Shown piece by piece: positions 23,866 to 24,263 of a DNA stretch of 24,263 nucleotides. The notes beneath the pieces are model-generated. The model searched no databases, had not been told where the DNA came from, and saw only the letters and a list, made by a program, of their open reading frames with translations. Each line of letters starts with the position of its first letter. The stretch's first letter is position 1. The DNA is from Candidatus Zymogenus saltonus (GTDB lineage: Bacteria > Desulfobacterota > Zymogenia > Zymogenales > Zymogenaceae), in assembly GCA_016929395.1 (NCBI GenBank), contig JAFGIX010000064.1, positions 1 through 24,263 of the forward strand. The letters are read 5' to 3'. The translations under genes and the position numbers were made by a program.

Positions 23866-24263
23866 GTCATTCCAAGCAATACAAAGGAATCCAGATAGAT
23901 ATTATTCACTGGATTCCCGTTTTCACGGGAATGACAAAATAGTCTTTCACTGGATTCCCGCTTCCCAATGGAATCTATACTGTCATTCCCAACCTGATTG
24001 GGAATCCAGATAGATATTATTCACTGGATTCCCGTTTTCACGGGAATGACAAAATAGTTATTTCAATGGATTCCCGCTTCCCAAGGGAATCTATACTGTC
24101 ATTCCCAACCTGATTGGGAATCCAGATAGATATTATTCACTGGATTCCCGCTTTCGCGGGAATGACAGAATAGTCTTTCACTGGATTCCCGTTTGCACGG
24201 GAATGACAAAATAGTTATTTCAATGGATTCCCGCTTCCCAAGGGAATCTATACTGTCATTCCC
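23866..24263. repeat. Complex tandem array of hairpin modules (REP/BIME-like) running off the right edge of the window. Not CRISPR.
   Basis: Composite units start at 23866, 23982, 24098 and 24255 (periods 116, 116, 157 bp). They are built from three roughly 40-bp hairpin modules sharing GGATTCCC/GGGAATCC cores: gtcattcccaacctgattgggaatcc; tcactggattcccgNNNNNNcgggaatgacaRaatag (a 41-bp module, duplicated in the third unit with loops ttttca/ctttcg/tttgca); and ggattcccgcttcccaagggaatc. A degenerate first copy begins at 23861. No unique spacers. Confidence 0.8.

Noticed and set aside
23783-24013. 76-aa ORF (MKTRFFHRGSFTGAIYDGPF...) running through the repeat array
   Set aside because: The reading frame is generated by the tandem repeats themselves (the peptide repeats FHWIP/FHGNDK). 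There is no SD. It overlaps the nadE stop. It is spurious.
23861-24263. Possible CRISPR array at the right edge
   Set aside because: Every segment between the palindromic cores is itself repeated. The units are 116-157 bp composites of hairpin modules with no unique spacer-length inserts. No cas genes are in the window. It is better explained as a REP/BIME- or MITE-like array.

Overview
This 24.3-kb window is almost all protein-coding, with GC-rich genes (frequent AGG/AGA Arg codons) and AT-rich intergenic spacers. GGAGG-type ribosome-binding sites, a sigma-54 promoter and a bEBP-type activator mark it as bacterial. The glycyl radical enzyme suggests an anaerobe. Nearly every gene lies on the + strand.

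From left to right the window holds:
1. A truncated lipoprotein gene on the - strand.
2. An amidohydrolase-family gene (amidohydrolase_3 type) on the - strand.
3. A GT2 / GT-C pair (ArnC/ArnT-like polyprenyl-phosphate-sugar synthase plus a multi-pass membrane glycosyltransferase).
4. A 324-aa hypothetical protein with a faint protein-kinase-like motif pattern.
5. Two paralogous Cys-rich V4R-like small proteins directly upstream of an 800-aa glycyl radical enzyme (GRE). No radical-SAM activase is encoded in the window.
6. A secreted alpha/beta hydrolase, a lipoprotein, an MscS-family channel, a small membrane protein on the - strand, and a membrane-anchored metallophosphoesterase.
7. A nitrogen-assimilation block: a GAF-AAA+-HTH sigma-54 activator, a textbook sigma-54 promoter, amtB, glnK, a flotillin/SPFH gene, glnA (GS type I) and nadE (glutamine-dependent NAD+ synthetase).
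8. A complex array of hairpin-forming repeat modules that runs off the right edge of the window. It is not a CRISPR array.

The most unusual items are:
- the V4R-V4R-GRE cluster, whose GRE has an atypical catalytic Cys context;
- a 20-bp exact repeat carrying TACC-N4-GGTA palindromes on both sides of the sigma-54 activator gene;
- the terminal modular hairpin repeat array.

All calls rest on reading the sequence and on motif recollection. No database search was run.
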